32,000 nt of DNA. It comes from Ktedonobacterales bacterium. Its GTDB lineage: Bacteria; Chloroflexota; Ktedonobacteria; Ktedonobacterales; JADMIN01. The notes beneath the pieces are model-generated. The model saw only the letters and a list, made by a program, of their open reading frames with translations. It was not told where the DNA came from and did not search any database. Made by a program: the position numbers and the translations under genes. Below are positions 17,113 to 27,755 of this stretch, piece after piece. The stretch is taken from contig CP126532.1 in assembly GCA_030167145.1 (NCBI GenBank), forward strand, positions 3,150,001 to 3,182,000, written 5' to 3'. Position 1 is the first letter of the stretch; every line of letters begins with the position of its first letter.

Positions 17113-17730
17113 ATGCCCATTCGCGCGGTCGTCTTCGATTTCGGCGGCGTCCTCGTCCGCACCACCGATCTCACCCTTCACCGCGCCTGGGAGACCCGCC
17201 TTGGCCTGCCCGCAGGTCGTCTTCCCGGCGAGGTCTGGGCCAATCCTGTCTCCGAGTACGCCACCACTGGCCGCGCCACCCCCGATGAAGTCTGGCGCTA
17301 CCTCGGCGACCGCTTTGGCCTCAACGATGACGACCTACTCGCCCTCCAGCGCGACTTCTTCGCCCACGAAGCCCTCGATGCCGACCTCGTCGCTTTCCTG
17401 CGCGGCCTGCGCCCCAGTTACCGCACCGCTATACTCAGCAACGCCTGGCCCAACGCACGCGAGGAATTCACCGGACGCTTCGGCCTCGGCGACGCCGTAG
17501 ACCAGATCATCATCTCCGCCGAAGAAGGCATCGCCAAGCCCGACATCTGCATCTACTCGCTCACCGCCGCTCGCCTGGGTGTCCACCTGAACGAAATGCT
17601 CTTCGTAGACGACTTTGCCCCCAACGTCACTGGCGCGCGTGCTGCTGGAATGCAGGCCATCCTCTTCGCCACCCCAGCCCAGGCCCTCGCCGAAGCGCAC
17701 GCCATCCTCGCTGGCTCATCCGAACTATGA
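17113..17730 (+). CDS. HAD-superfamily hydrolase (subfamily IA)
   Basis: Motif I VVFDFGGVL (DxD variant), motif II ILSN, and motif III/IV K...FVDD. Confidence 0.8.
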   Translation: MPIRAVVFDFGGVLVRTTDLTLHRAWETRLGLPAGRLPGEVWANPVSEYATTGRATPDEVWRYLGDRFGLNDDDLLALQRDFFAHEALDADLVAFLRGLRPSYRTAILSNAWPNAREEFTGRFGLGDAVDQIIISAEEGIAKPDICIYSLTAARLGVHLNEMLFVDDFAPNVTGARAAGMQAILFATPAQALAEAHAILAGSSEL

Positions 17731-17746
17731 TCGCACCATGGCCGCC

Positions 17747-18298
17747 CTACTCCTCGCCCTTCGCGTCTCCCCCACGTGCCTCACGGCCCCCGCGCGGCGC
17801 GGCTTCCTCCCGTCCATCATCCTGCGCCTTATCCTGCGCCTGCGCTCCAGCCTTTGGCATCAGCAGATGATCCATCTCCTGCCGCATCGCCTGAATATCG
17901 GGATATGAGCGATACACACTGGCGAACCGGATATAGGCAATGTCGTCCAGCGCCCGCAACCGCTCCATCACCAGTTCGCCGACCACCCGCGAATCTACCT
18001 CCGCCTGCCCCAACTTATGCAAGGCGCTCTCCACACCCTCCACAATCGCCTCCAACTCCCCCACCGGAATCGGACGCTTCTGGCAGGCCAGCCGCAGCCC
18101 AGTAAGCAACTTCTCGCGCCTGAACGGCTCGCGTCGGCCATCCCGCTTCACCACCATCAATGTCGGCAGCACCACCCGCTCCACCGTGCTGAATCGCTGC
18201 TCACACCGCTCGCAGCGCCGCCGCCGTTGGATATATTCACCCTGGTCGCGCGAGTCCGTCACCCGCGAATCATCATAGCCACAATGCGGACACTTCAT
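17747..18298 (-). CDS. nrdR: Transcriptional repressor NrdR
   Basis: MKCPHCGYDDSRVTDSR...RRRRCERCEQRFST zinc ribbon followed by an ATP-cone (VVKRDGRREPFRREKL...YIRFASVY). The start is set at the ATG at 18298. The upstream part of the long ORF (to 18586) reads through intergenic repeat sequence. Confidence 0.88.
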   Translation of the reverse strand: MKCPHCGYDDSRVTDSRDQGEYIQRRRRCERCEQRFSTVERVVLPTLMVVKRDGRREPFRREKLLTGLRLACQKRPIPVGELEAIVEGVESALHKLGQAEVDSRVVGELVMERLRALDDIAYIRFASVYRSYPDIQAMRQEMDHLLMPKAGAQAQDKAQDDGREEAAPRGGREARGGDAKGEE

Positions 18299-18484
18299 AG
18301 CGTCACCATCACTCCCGCCACACCGCTCATTCCCCGCCCCAACATCCTTCGTGTGCGGGCCAGCGGTTTTCCCCGCAGTATAGCATACCCCGCTAACCCT
18401 CTCGCGCCCCCTTGCGCCATCCCCATGTCCTTCACCTGTCACACACCCTCCCCCTAACCCACTGTCGCGGTTTACGCGGCCACG

Positions 18485-18509
18485 GGTGGGGCGGACATTC
18501 CTGTCTGCC
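18485..18509 (+). repeat. Dispersed hairpin repeat, copy B
   Basis: GGTGGGGCGGACATTCCTGTCTGCC, identical to copy A, in the coaBC-nrdR spacer. The stem is 18490-18497 / 18502-18509. Confidence 0.85.
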
Positions 18510-18626
18510 TGCCATGTCATCCGTAGGGCAAGCGGAGCGCGGCCCCTCCGAGCCGTTTCGAGGAGGGGCGTCCGGCGGACGCCCACCGCGCAGTTTCACC
18601 CCCCGCTCGTGCTGTGCGCCAGCCAT

Positions 18627-19880
18627 TTATGGCCGTGTCTCCCGCGCCCGCAACAGCGGCACGACCCGATCCCAGATCGCCGCCGCCACCTCCGCCTTCG
18701 GCAGCAACGCCAACTGCTCCACCCGCCCATCCCGGTGAAAGATTGCCACCTCATTCGTCTCCGTGCCGAACCCACTCCCTGCCTTCGCCACATCATTCGC
18801 CACCAGCAGATCCAGTTGCTTCCGCTCCAGCTTGCTCGCCGCGTTCTTCGCCACCTCCGTCGTCTCCGCCGCGAACCCCACGCGCACCACCCCCGCCGCG
18901 CGCTCATCCGTCGCCAGTTCCGCCAGGATATCGGGATTCGTTACCAGCCGCAGCGTCAGCGACCCATCCGCATTCTCCGCCGCCGATCCCTTCTTGATCT
19001 TCTGCGCCGCTGGCTGCTCCACGCGGTAATCCGCCACCGCCGCCGCCATCACCAGCGCATCCACCCCCACCACCGCCTCGCGCACCGCCGCGCGCACCGC
19101 CGCGCGCAGCTCCAGCGTCGTCCCCACCCGCCGCAGCTCGATTCCCACCGGTTCAGGCTCCGTCGCCGTCGTCGCTCCCGCGATCAGCAGCACCTCCGCG
19201 CCCCGGTCGCGCGCCTCCTCCGCCAGCGCGAAGCCCATTAGCCCGCTCGACCGGTTGCCAATGTAGCGCACCGGATCAAGCGGCTCCTGCGTTCCCCCCG
19301 CCGTCACCACCACGCGCCGCCCCGCCAGATCTCCCCCGCGTCCCAGCACGCGCCGCACATATGCCAGCAGCGTCGCCGTCTCTGGGAACCGCCCCACCCC
19401 CACCTCACCCGACGCCAGATGCCCGGTCTCCGGCGGCACAATCGTCGCCCCCCGCTCCACCAGCGTCCGCAGATTCGCCTGCGTCGCCGCATGCGCGTAC
19501 ATATGGCTCTCCATCGCCGGAGCCAGCAGCAGCGGCGCGGGACATGCCAGCGCCACCGCCGTCAGCATATCATCCGCCATCCCCTGCGCCAGCCGCGCCA
19601 GTGTATTCGCCGTAGCTGGCGCCACCAGCAGCAGATCCGCGCTCTGCCCCAGCTCGATATGCCGTGCCGCCGCCTCCCCGCTCGGCTCCCACAGATTCGC
19701 ATACACCCGCCGGTGGCTCAGCGCCGCGAACGTCAGCGGCGTCACGAACTCCGTCGCCCGCTCCGTCAGAATCACATCCACCAGCGCCCCCGCCTGTTGC
19801 AGCTTGCTCACCAGATCCGCCGCCTTATACGCCGCAATGCCCCCGCACACCCCCAGCACAATGCGCTTATCCTTCAACAT
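18627..19880 (-). CDS. coaBC: Bifunctional phosphopantothenoylcysteine decarboxylase / phosphopantothenate-cysteine ligase
   Basis: The N-terminal flavoprotein domain starts MLKDKRIVLGVCGGIAAYKA, followed by PAMESHM. The C-terminal CoaB domain carries VTAGGTQEPLDPVRYIGNRSSG and MAAAVADY. The start is set at the ATG at 19880. Confidence 0.9.
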   Translation of the reverse strand: MLKDKRIVLGVCGGIAAYKAADLVSKLQQAGALVDVILTERATEFVTPLTFAALSHRRVYANLWEPSGEAAARHIELGQSADLLLVAPATANTLARLAQGMADDMLTAVALACPAPLLLAPAMESHMYAHAATQANLRTLVERGATIVPPETGHLASGEVGVGRFPETATLLAYVRRVLGRGGDLAGRRVVVTAGGTQEPLDPVRYIGNRSSGLMGFALAEEARDRGAEVLLIAGATTATEPEPVGIELRRVGTTLELRAAVRAAVREAVVGVDALVMAAAVADYRVEQPAAQKIKKGSAAENADGSLTLRLVTNPDILAELATDERAAGVVRVGFAAETTEVAKNAASKLERKQLDLLVANDVAKAGSGFGTETNEVAIFHRDGRVEQLALLPKAEVAAAIWDRVVPLLRARETRP

Positions 19881-19962
19881 GCGACACCCCGTTCTCCCGC
19901 AGCATGTATGCCTGCTCGTCTCTGCCTCGGCCATTGATGGCCGCAATACCTACTACAGCATA

Positions 19963-19993
19963 GCAAAAAGCCCGAAGCATCGCGCTTCGGGCT
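19963..19993 (-). terminator. Rho-independent terminator ending the rRNA transcription unit
   Basis: 10-bp stem AGCCCGAAGC (19969-19978) / GCTTCGGGCT (19984-19993). On the minus strand it is followed by a TTTTTG run and sits immediately downstream of the distal 5S copy. Confidence 0.75.
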
Positions 19994-20015
19994 GAAGTGA
20001 CTGTATGCACGGGGA

Positions 20016-20132
20016 GACCGGCAACGTCCTATTGTCCCACAGGGCTGCCCCTGCAGTATCGTCGGGGCTGGAAGGCTTAACGACCGTGTTCGGGATGGGA
20101 ACGGGTGATCCCCTCCGCTCTAGTCACCGGCC
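20016..20132 (-). rRNA. rrf: 5S rRNA, distal copy
   Basis: The reverse complement contains the 5S hallmark CCCGTTCCCATCCCGAACACGGTCGTTAAGCC. Terminal helix I is CCGGTGAC / GTTGCCGG, and a flanking GGGGA/TCCCC pairing extends it. Ends are uncertain by about 5 nt. Confidence 0.9.
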
Positions 20133-20218
20133 TCCCCGCGCATACAGGCAACGAGAAAGAAACCAATAAATCAAACGCACATCGAAAATGACTCACCAAA
20201 CGGCTACGCGCACGGGGA

Positions 20219-20335
20219 GACCGGCAACGTCCTATTGTCCCACAGGGCTGCCCCTGCAGTATCGTCGGGGCTGGAAGGCTTAACGACCGTGTTCGGGATG
20301 GGAACGGGTGATCCCCTCCGCTCTAGTCACCGGCC
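20219..20335 (-). rRNA. rrf: 5S rRNA, proximal copy (identical to the distal copy)
   Basis: 20211-20343 is identical base for base to 20008-20140 (offset 203 nt). Confidence 0.9.
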
Positions 20336-20427
20336 TCCCCGCGCGCATAGACATGCTGGCAAGACATTCTGGCGAATCAGCGTCGCTTTTCGGGCAGTCT
20401 GAAGAAGCTCTGAAAGAGCAACGTGGG

Positions 20428-20500
20428 TGGAGACGAGGGGACTCGAACCCCTGACCCTCTGGATGCAAACCAGATGCTCTCCCAACTGAGCTACGCCCCC
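20428..20500 (-). tRNA. tRNA-Ala (anticodon UGC)
   Basis: Reverse complement: GGGGGCGTAGCTCAGTTGGGAGAGCATCTGGTTTGCATCCAGAGGGTCAGGGGTTCGAGTCCCCTCGTCTCCA. It forms a cloverleaf with a G3:U70 identity pair, anticodon loop TTTGCAT and a GGTTCGAGTCC T-arm. Confidence 0.95.
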
Positions 20501-20568
20501 ACAGACATAGCCGACTCGCATAGTCAACTCGATGGTGCTTCAATTGTTGAAGGTACGATCAGAAAAAG

Positions 20569-20642
20569 TGGGCCTGCCCCGGCTCGAACGGGGGACCTCA
20601 GTCTTATCAGGACTGCGCTCTAGCCAACTGAGCTACAGGCCC
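20569..20642 (-). tRNA. tRNA-Ile (anticodon GAU)
   Basis: Reverse complement: GGGCCTGTAGCTCAGTTGGCTAGAGCGCAGTCCTGATAAGACTGAGGTCCCCCGTTCGAGCCGGGGCAGGCCCA. The anticodon loop is CTGATAA. Confidence 0.95.
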
Positions 20643-20820
20643 TCGCGCCAGTGCCGCCGACGAGAGGCCAAACAACTGAAGAGTGGGAACCAGCAGACAA
20701 CGCTCGCGCAGGTGATCGCTTGTGAAACCTGTGCCTTCCAAGTATTCCGTCGCGGCTTGCGCCGCCACGGCTCGACCTGGGAATCGCGATTGAGGCCGAA
20801 GCCTGTCTCGCGGTACTCCC

Positions 20821-22348
<1,528 letters not shown>

Positions 22349-22594
22349 CCAGTGTCTATTGCTTCTTCAGGACCAGCACGCCCAAAAGCGCCACCGGCTC
22401 CCTGAATCATGCGCACTGTTTGATGAGCCAATTTACGGCTCGCACAGGTCTCACTCAATCGCGACTTACGCAACTCTCGCTGCGTATTACCTGCTCTTTG
22501 CGCTGTTACTGCTTCCCACTCTTCAGTTGTTCAGGTTCTCTCGCGCGACTTCCGCCGCTCTTGCACCAACGCTCTCGCGTCAGGCGCAAAAATG

Positions 22595-22623
22595 ATGTTA
22601 CCACACCGCTCAGGTAGCGTCAA
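22595..22623 (-). promoter_or_regulatory. Candidate sigma70 promoter of the rRNA operon
   Basis: The minus strand reads TTGACG (22623-22618), a 17-nt spacer, then TAACAT (22600-22595). This is about 240 nt upstream of the 16S 5' end. Confidence 0.5.
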
Positions 22624-22863
22624 CCCCTCCCAAGCAAAATCGCCAAAACTCGCCTCATCCCACCCAAAACTCCCTGCCCGCCTGACCCAACAGTCATGCT
22701 CACACCTGCTCTTATCGTCGCCTGCCATACCATGCTCGTATTGCACGGTTGTATCGCCTCTCTCCCCAACTCGCGCAGGCGGGTTTTTCCGCGGCACGCC
22801 ATGTGGGCACGGTTTCAACCGCCCGTCTTCTAATTAACCGCGCAGAAAGGATCGTTCTCCGCC

Positions 22864-23673
22864 ATGGCCACCAACACCCCACCATCCAACCATACCCCCG
22901 CCCCACGTCGCGCTCGTCCCACCACCACTCCTGCCGCCACTCTGCCAGAGCCGCGCGAACTCATCGCCTATCTCGACGGCCACCCTGTCCCCTACCTCCT
23001 GCGCGTCAGCGCCCGCGCCCGCCGCCTCTGCCTGCGCATCCAGCCCCCCGGACGCCTCGAAGTCGTCGTTCCGCGTCGCACCCCCCAGACCCGTATAGAC
23101 GACATCCTCCGGCAAAAATCCGCCTGGATTCGCGCCACCCTCACCCGTATGCAGCAAGCCGCAACCGCTATCCCCGCGCCCGTCCCGCTCGCCGATGGCC
23201 GCATCCTCCCCTACGCGGGTCGTCAACTCCGTCTCGCCGTTCGCACCGGCGCCCCCGCCGGCCACTTCAGCGCGCGTCTCGAAGGCGACCTGCTCGAACT
23301 CCGCGTCCCCGACACCGCCGAGCCAACCATCCGCGCCGCGCTCACCATCTGGTATCGCCGCGAAGCCCGCCGTCTCTTCGCCGAGCGCCTCGCCCTCTGC
23401 AACGCATCCTACGGCTTCACCTACGGCCGCGTCACCATCAAAGAACAAAAAAGCCGCTGGGGCAGTTGCTCGCGTCTGGGCAACCTCAACTTCAACTGGC
23501 GGCTGCTCCTTGCCCCCCTCCCCGTTCTCGATTACGTCGTCACCCACGAGCTATGTCACCTCAAAGAACTCAACCACAGCCCCAGCTTCTGGCGTCTCGT
23601 CGCTCACGCCTGCCCAGACTACGCCACTCATCGCCGCTGGCTCCGCCAGCACGGCCACGAACTCCACTTTTGA
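22864..23673 (+). CDS. M48/YgjP-like (DUF45, SprT-like) zinc metallopeptidase
   Basis: C-terminal motifs: RWGSCS...NLNFNWRLLLAPLPVLDYVVTHELCHLKELNHSPSFW (HExxH). Confidence 0.8.
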   Translation: MATNTPPSNHTPAPRRARPTTTPAATLPEPRELIAYLDGHPVPYLLRVSARARRLCLRIQPPGRLEVVVPRRTPQTRIDDILRQKSAWIRATLTRMQQAATAIPAPVPLADGRILPYAGRQLRLAVRTGAPAGHFSARLEGDLLELRVPDTAEPTIRAALTIWYRREARRLFAERLALCNASYGFTYGRVTIKEQKSRWGSCSRLGNLNFNWRLLLAPLPVLDYVVTHELCHLKELNHSPSFWRLVAHACPDYATHRRWLRQHGHELHF

Positions 23674-23894
23674 CGACGGTAGCGGCTCGACCTGAGCGGC
23701 TCGCAACTGAGGATGAGCCGCGGCATTCATGCTGCGAACTTCCCTCATCACCTACCTTGCCATCCGCCATTCTCTCGCCACGAGACTATTTGCGACATTT
23801 CACCCCAAAATACAGCACATCGAAAGTACCGGGCTGCGAACTTTCGGCACGCCTCTTGCGTCTTGTAAGGTATGTGATCCCAGTCGCATGCGCA

Positions 23895-23930
23895 GGGGCC
23901 GAGCAGACGCCGTTCGGCCCCCTGTTTTTG
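23895..23930 (+). terminator. Possible intrinsic terminator in the long ygjP-ABC spacer
   Basis: 8-bp stem GGGGCCGA (23895-23902) / TCGGCCCC (23914-23921), followed by CTGTTTTTG. It lies about 220 nt downstream of the ygjP-like stop, so it is unclear which transcript it would terminate. Confidence 0.4.
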
Positions 23931-23954
23931 CCTCCAATTCTTCCTCTTTGCCTG

Positions 23955-23979
23955 GTAGGGCGGACATTCTTGTCTGCCC
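23955..23979 (+). repeat. Dispersed hairpin repeat, copy C (variant)
   Basis: GGTAGGGCGGACATTCTTGTCTGCC(C). The stem is GGGCGGACA (23958-23966) / TGTCTGCCC (23971-23979) with loop TTCT. It differs from copies A and B at 2 positions. Confidence 0.8.
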
Positions 23980-24377
23980 GTTGTACTCCCCTTCCCTACT
24001 GTACAGGCCGGGGGTTAGCTCCTTTCCCACACACTTTTCCTCTCAGCAGTGAGATTTTCCCCTCTTACAACGTATCCTGTGTAGCTGGCCCAACATCTGC
24101 ATGGTACGAGAACTATCCGCAATCTCATTGCACCGTTGCGTATACAGCAGTATTCCAAGGCTTCAGCCTCGTATCTCTGTGCGCCGGTCCTTCAGGGCCG
24201 CGACTGGAACGCGCCAGGTGTGCGCTGGCCAGCGCTGGCCGCGATAGGGGGCTTGCGTACCCATGCTAGACTGGGCACAAGACGGCAAGCGCCCCACCCA
24301 ACATGACGGGCGGCTGCTCTCGTCTCACCCTTGTGGCGCCAGAACCTGTAGGGATTCTATCTTTGGGAGGAGTTCAC

Positions 24378-25337
24378 ATGACCACGCGAGTACAGCCCGG
24401 GCGACGCGTACTCTGGACCGCCATCTTTGGCCTAAGTACCACGCTCGCGCTCCTGCTGACCGCCTGCGGCAGCACCACTGGCGGCGGCGGCGCAAGCCCC
24501 AGTCCCACCGTTGCCGGCACACCCACCTCCACCGTCACCTGCCCCACCACCACCGGCTTCCACCTCGTCACCTCCGGGCAGTTGACCATCGCCAGCGACA
24601 CCACCTACGCCCCCGCCGAGTTCCCCGACCCCAACAACGCATCGAATTTCATCGGCTATGACATGGACCTCGCCCGCGAAATCGCGCGCCGTCTCTGCCT
24701 CACGCCGAACATTGTCAAGGCCACCTTCGGCAATATCATCCCCGACATCTCCAGCGCGCCACTGGGGCAGCAGCGCTACGACATGTCCATCTCGTCCTTC
24801 ACCATCAACTCCGACCGCTTGAAGAGTGTGGACATGGTCCCCTACTTCCAGGCCGGTGAGTCCATCCTGACCACCGTTGCCAACGCTGGCAGCATCAAGC
24901 AATTCAGCGACATGTGCGGCAAGACCATCGCCGTGCAGAACGGCACCGTCGAGAAGGATGAAGTGAACGACGCCAACGGCAACGGCCCCGGCACCTCTGG
25001 CCAGGCGCCGATCTGCAAGCAGGCCAACAAGCCGATCACCGTCCTCAGCTACGACGACCAGGGCGTGGTCGTCCAGCAGGTGCAGAATGGCCGCGCCGAC
25101 GCCAGCTATCAGGATCAGCCGGTGACTGACTACTACGCCTCCCTGAGCAAGGGCGCGCTCGTAGACTCCGGCATCACTGTCCAGCCGTCCCCCGAGGGCA
25201 TCGTCATGCGCAGAGACAATGCCGCTCTCGAGGATGCCGTCAAGCAGGTGCTCAATGACATGCGCGCTGATGGCACCTACCTGCGTATCCTGACCGCCTG
25301 GGGCCAGCAGAAGCTTGCCTATCCGCCGCTTTCCTAG
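24378..25337 (+). CDS. Amino-acid ABC transporter substrate-binding lipoprotein (family 3 SBP)
   Basis: ATG at 24378 with SD GGGAGGAG and lipobox LLLTAC-G. The body is typical of polar amino-acid binding proteins (YAPAEF...GYDMDLAREIARRL...SSFTI...R...VDMVPY). Confidence 0.8.
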   Translation: MTTRVQPGRRVLWTAIFGLSTTLALLLTACGSTTGGGGASPSPTVAGTPTSTVTCPTTTGFHLVTSGQLTIASDTTYAPAEFPDPNNASNFIGYDMDLAREIARRLCLTPNIVKATFGNIIPDISSAPLGQQRYDMSISSFTINSDRLKSVDMVPYFQAGESILTTVANAGSIKQFSDMCGKTIAVQNGTVEKDEVNDANGNGPGTSGQAPICKQANKPITVLSYDDQGVVVQQVQNGRADASYQDQPVTDYYASLSKGALVDSGITVQPSPEGIVMRRDNAALEDAVKQVLNDMRADGTYLRILTAWGQQKLAYPPLS

Positions 25338-25465
25338 ACCAGAAACTGATATACTGTAGCATGCGGGAGAACGGCCGGGGGGTGCCTCCTGGCCGTTCTC
25401 CTACATACGTGGCAAGCGGCATGCGTAGCTCCGCCGTTCTTCAGGCCGCAAGATGAGGGGATGAT

Positions 25466-26332
25466 ATGAACCCGATTCTCCAGTTCTTCCAGAATGTCGT
25501 GACCCTGCGCGGCACGTATGACTGGAACACCGTCTTCACCTTTCTGTTCTATCCAGACATTCTCCAGGGCATCATCATTACGGTGCTCCTCGCCGTCCTC
25601 GCCCAACTCATCGGCACCCTCATCGGCCTGCTCCTCTATTTCACCCGCCGCTCATCCAACGGTGTGCTGAGGGGCATCGGCGAACTCTATGTCTGGTTCT
25701 TTCGTGGTACTCCATTGCTGGTGCAAATCCTCTTCCTCAATGCGTTTCTCCCCTATATCGGACTTGCCAGGCCACTAATCCAAACGCACTTCTTTCGCAA
25801 TCTCGGCTTTCAACAAGATATCCCCCTCGACGCCTTCATCGCTGGCCTTGCCGCACTTTCCCTTAACGAAGGCGCCTACATGGCCGAGATCGTGCGCGCC
25901 GGCATTGACTCCATTGACCTTGGCCAGCTTGAAGCCGCGAAGTCCCTCGGCATGACCTACTGGCTGGGCATGCGCCGCATCGTCCTGCCCCAGGCCCTCC
26001 GCGTCATCATCCCGCCACTTGGCAACGAATTCAACAGCATGCTGAAGAACACCTCGCTCGTCTCGGCCATCTCCGTCGCCGAACTACTGGAAGCCGCTCA
26101 GGCACACGCCTTCAGCCAATTCCGCCCGCTCGAATTGCTGACGGTTGCCTCCATCTGGTATCTCGTGCTCACTACCATCTGGACCCTCATCCAGCGTCAG
26201 CTTGAGCGCAGAATCAACGTCTCAAACCTTGACCCAGCGCTCACCAGCGGTGGATCCTGGTGGAAACGCATGATTGGCTTTGGGGGACGTGAAACTGGCG
26301 TTCCTATGCCAGCAGGCGCCGATCATCATTAA
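25466..26332 (+). CDS. Amino-acid ABC transporter permease (HisM/GlnP type)
   Basis: Multiple TM segments and the EAA-type loop LSLNEGAYMAEIVRAGIDSIDLGQLEAAKSLGM...RRIVLPQAL. Confidence 0.85.
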   Translation: MNPILQFFQNVVTLRGTYDWNTVFTFLFYPDILQGIIITVLLAVLAQLIGTLIGLLLYFTRRSSNGVLRGIGELYVWFFRGTPLLVQILFLNAFLPYIGLARPLIQTHFFRNLGFQQDIPLDAFIAGLAALSLNEGAYMAEIVRAGIDSIDLGQLEAAKSLGMTYWLGMRRIVLPQALRVIIPPLGNEFNSMLKNTSLVSAISVAELLEAAQAHAFSQFRPLELLTVASIWYLVLTTIWTLIQRQLERRINVSNLDPALTSGGSWWKRMIGFGGRETGVPMPAGADHH

Positions 26333-26389
26333 TCCATTGAAGGCCAATCGCGCGGATGTTCACCGCTCGCCCATGAACCGGAGCACCAC

Positions 26390-27241
26390 ATGAATCCACA
26401 GGGAACGCCACAACCGCCCCAAGGCTATCCACCAGTCCCCCAACCTGCCCCCGCCCGCAATGGTGGCGCGAATGGCGCGCTACCCATGGTAGACGCCCGC
26501 GACGTTCACAAATACTTCCACAACAACCAGGTCTTGCGCGGCGTCTCGATGCAGGTCCGCAAAGGCGAAGTCGTCTGTGTCATCGGCCCCAGCGGCTCCG
26601 GCAAAACCACCTTCCTCCGCTGCATCAACCACCTCGAAAAGATCAACAGCGGCCGCATCTACATCGAAGGCCAGCTCATCGGCTACCGCGAACAATCCGA
26701 TGGCTCCCTCCGCGAAGACAGCGAAAAGAACATCGCCCAGCTTCGCTCTGAAATCGGCATGGTCTTCCAGCGGTTCAACCTCTTCCCGCACATGACCGCC
26801 CTCCAGAACGTCATGGAAGCCCCCATACAGGTCCGCCACGAACCCCGTGACCAGGTCGAAGCTCGTGCCCTCGAACTCCTTAAAAAAGTCGGCCTCGAAG
26901 TCAAAGCCGACGCCTATCCCGCCCGCCTCTCCGGCGGCCAGCAGCAGCGCGTCGCCATCGCCCGCGCCCTCGCCATGAACCCCAAGCTCATGCTCTTCGA
27001 CGAAGCCACCTCCGCCCTCGACCCCGAACTCGTCGGCGAAGTCCTCAAAGTCATGCGCCAGCTTGCCGAAGAAGGCATGACCATGGTCGTCGTCACCCAT
27101 GAAATGGGCTTCGCCCGCGAAGTCGCCGACCGCGTGATCTTCATGGACGGCGGTGTCATCGTCGAGCAAGGCAAACCCGACCAGATCTTCTCCGCTCCCC
27201 AGCAGCCTCGCACCCAGGACTTCCTCCGCAAAGTCCTCTAG
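26390..27241 (+). CDS. Amino-acid ABC transporter ATP-binding protein (GlnQ-like)
   Basis: Walker [10 protein letters not shown], signature [15 protein letters not shown], Walker [13 protein letters not shown], and an H-loop (VVTHEM). It has a Pro/Gln-rich N-terminal extension of about 40 aa. Confidence 0.9.
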   Translation: MNPQGTPQPPQGYPPVPQPAPARNGGANGALPMVDARDVHKYFHNNQVLRGVSMQVRKGEVVCVIGPSGSGKTTFLRCINHLEKINSGRIYIEGQLIGYREQSDGSLREDSEKNIAQLRSEIGMVFQRFNLFPHMTALQNVMEAPIQVRHEPRDQVEARALELLKKVGLEVKADAYPARLSGGQQQRVAIARALAMNPKLMLFDEATSALDPELVGEVLKVMRQLAEEGMTMVVVTHEMGFAREVADRVIFMDGGVIVEQGKPDQIFSAPQQPRTQDFLRKVL

Positions 27242-27474
27242 CGCTCCTCCCCGTTCACAACCATCCTCGCGCATGGGCGTCCCCACCGGACGCCCGCTCA
27301 TCCCTGCCACCGCGCCAGATACGTGAAACACCCATCGCCATGCACGCCTCTAACCCACAGCAGCCACCACCAGCACGGTCAAGGGAGCAGCCACCGCGCA
27401 ATGATATACTCAAGCTGACGTGACGTAAATGCATGCACCACCCCGGAGCCTGCCCTAGAGAGGACGTGAGCGCG

Positions 27475-27750
27475 ATGAGCAACAAGCAAATCATCATCAA
27501 TGTGCCAGAAGAAGTACTTGCGGCTGAGCATATGGACGAAGCTGCCTTTGGACGAGAAATGTCTCTGCTGGCGGCAATCAAGCTCTATGAACTTGGCAGA
27601 CTTTCATCAGGGCGAGCATCTGAATTAGCTGGCATGTCCCGCGTCGAATTCCTCTCCATCCTCGATCGGTATCAGGTGTTCCCATTTGAAGATGAGTTGC
27701 GAGGCTTGAGCATACAGGCGGATGCATATAGATTAAGAACTCGAGGATAA
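27475..27750 (+). CDS. UPF0175-family antitoxin-like small protein
   Basis: MSNKQIIINVPEEVL...FGREMSLLAAIKLYELGRLSSGRASELAGMSRVEFLSILDRYQV is the characteristic UPF0175 pattern (KLYExGxLSxGxAAELAGMSRxEF). The ATG at 27475 with SD GAGAGGA is preferred over 27433. The gene is visibly more AT-rich than its neighbours. Confidence 0.65.
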   Translation: MSNKQIIINVPEEVLAAEHMDEAAFGREMSLLAAIKLYELGRLSSGRASELAGMSRVEFLSILDRYQVFPFEDELRGLSIQADAYRLRTRG

Positions 27751-27755
27751 CGCGC

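Noticed and set aside
18566-18584. GGGCGTCC-loop-GGACGCCC hairpin, also present at 27275-27295 after the ABC ATPase gene
   Set aside because: Two copies of a short GC-only 8-bp stem with different loops (GGC versus CCACC) could arise by chance or convergent terminator-like structure in a high-GC genome. That is not enough to call a repeat family.
17747-18586. Long form (279 aa) of the NrdR ORF
   Set aside because: The N-terminal 96 codons read through the intergenic hairpin repeat (translated ...QADRNVRPT...) and GC hairpins. NrdR canonically begins at the MKCPxCG zinc ribbon, which is the ATG at 18298.
20341-20427. Possible 23S rRNA remnants in the tRNA-Ala/5S spacer and in the 5S-5S spacer (20141-20210)
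   Set aside because: I could not recognise any conserved 23S 5' or 3' terminal sequence by eye. This needs an alignment to the organism's 23S, so nothing is claimed.
23729-24052. 107-aa ORF in the ygjP-like/ABC spacer
   Set aside because: It has no SD, runs through a terminator-like hairpin and hairpin repeat copy C, and its composition is not protein-like.
22749-24269. 506-aa plus-strand ORF, extremely Arg/Pro/Ser-rich
   Set aside because: It is out of frame over the well-supported YgjP-like HExxH peptidase gene and continues through repeat-containing intergenic DNA. The composition is a GC-frame artefact.
26480-27331. 283-aa minus-strand ORF
   Set aside because: It is antisense to the ABC ATPase, which has perfect Walker A/B and signature motifs. 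It is a shadow ORF.
27242-27755. Riboswitch (SAM or cobalamin) upstream of metH
   Set aside because: No B12-box (GCCACTG context) or SAM-I/II conserved cores are recognisable. The space is mostly occupied by the UPF0175 ORF.
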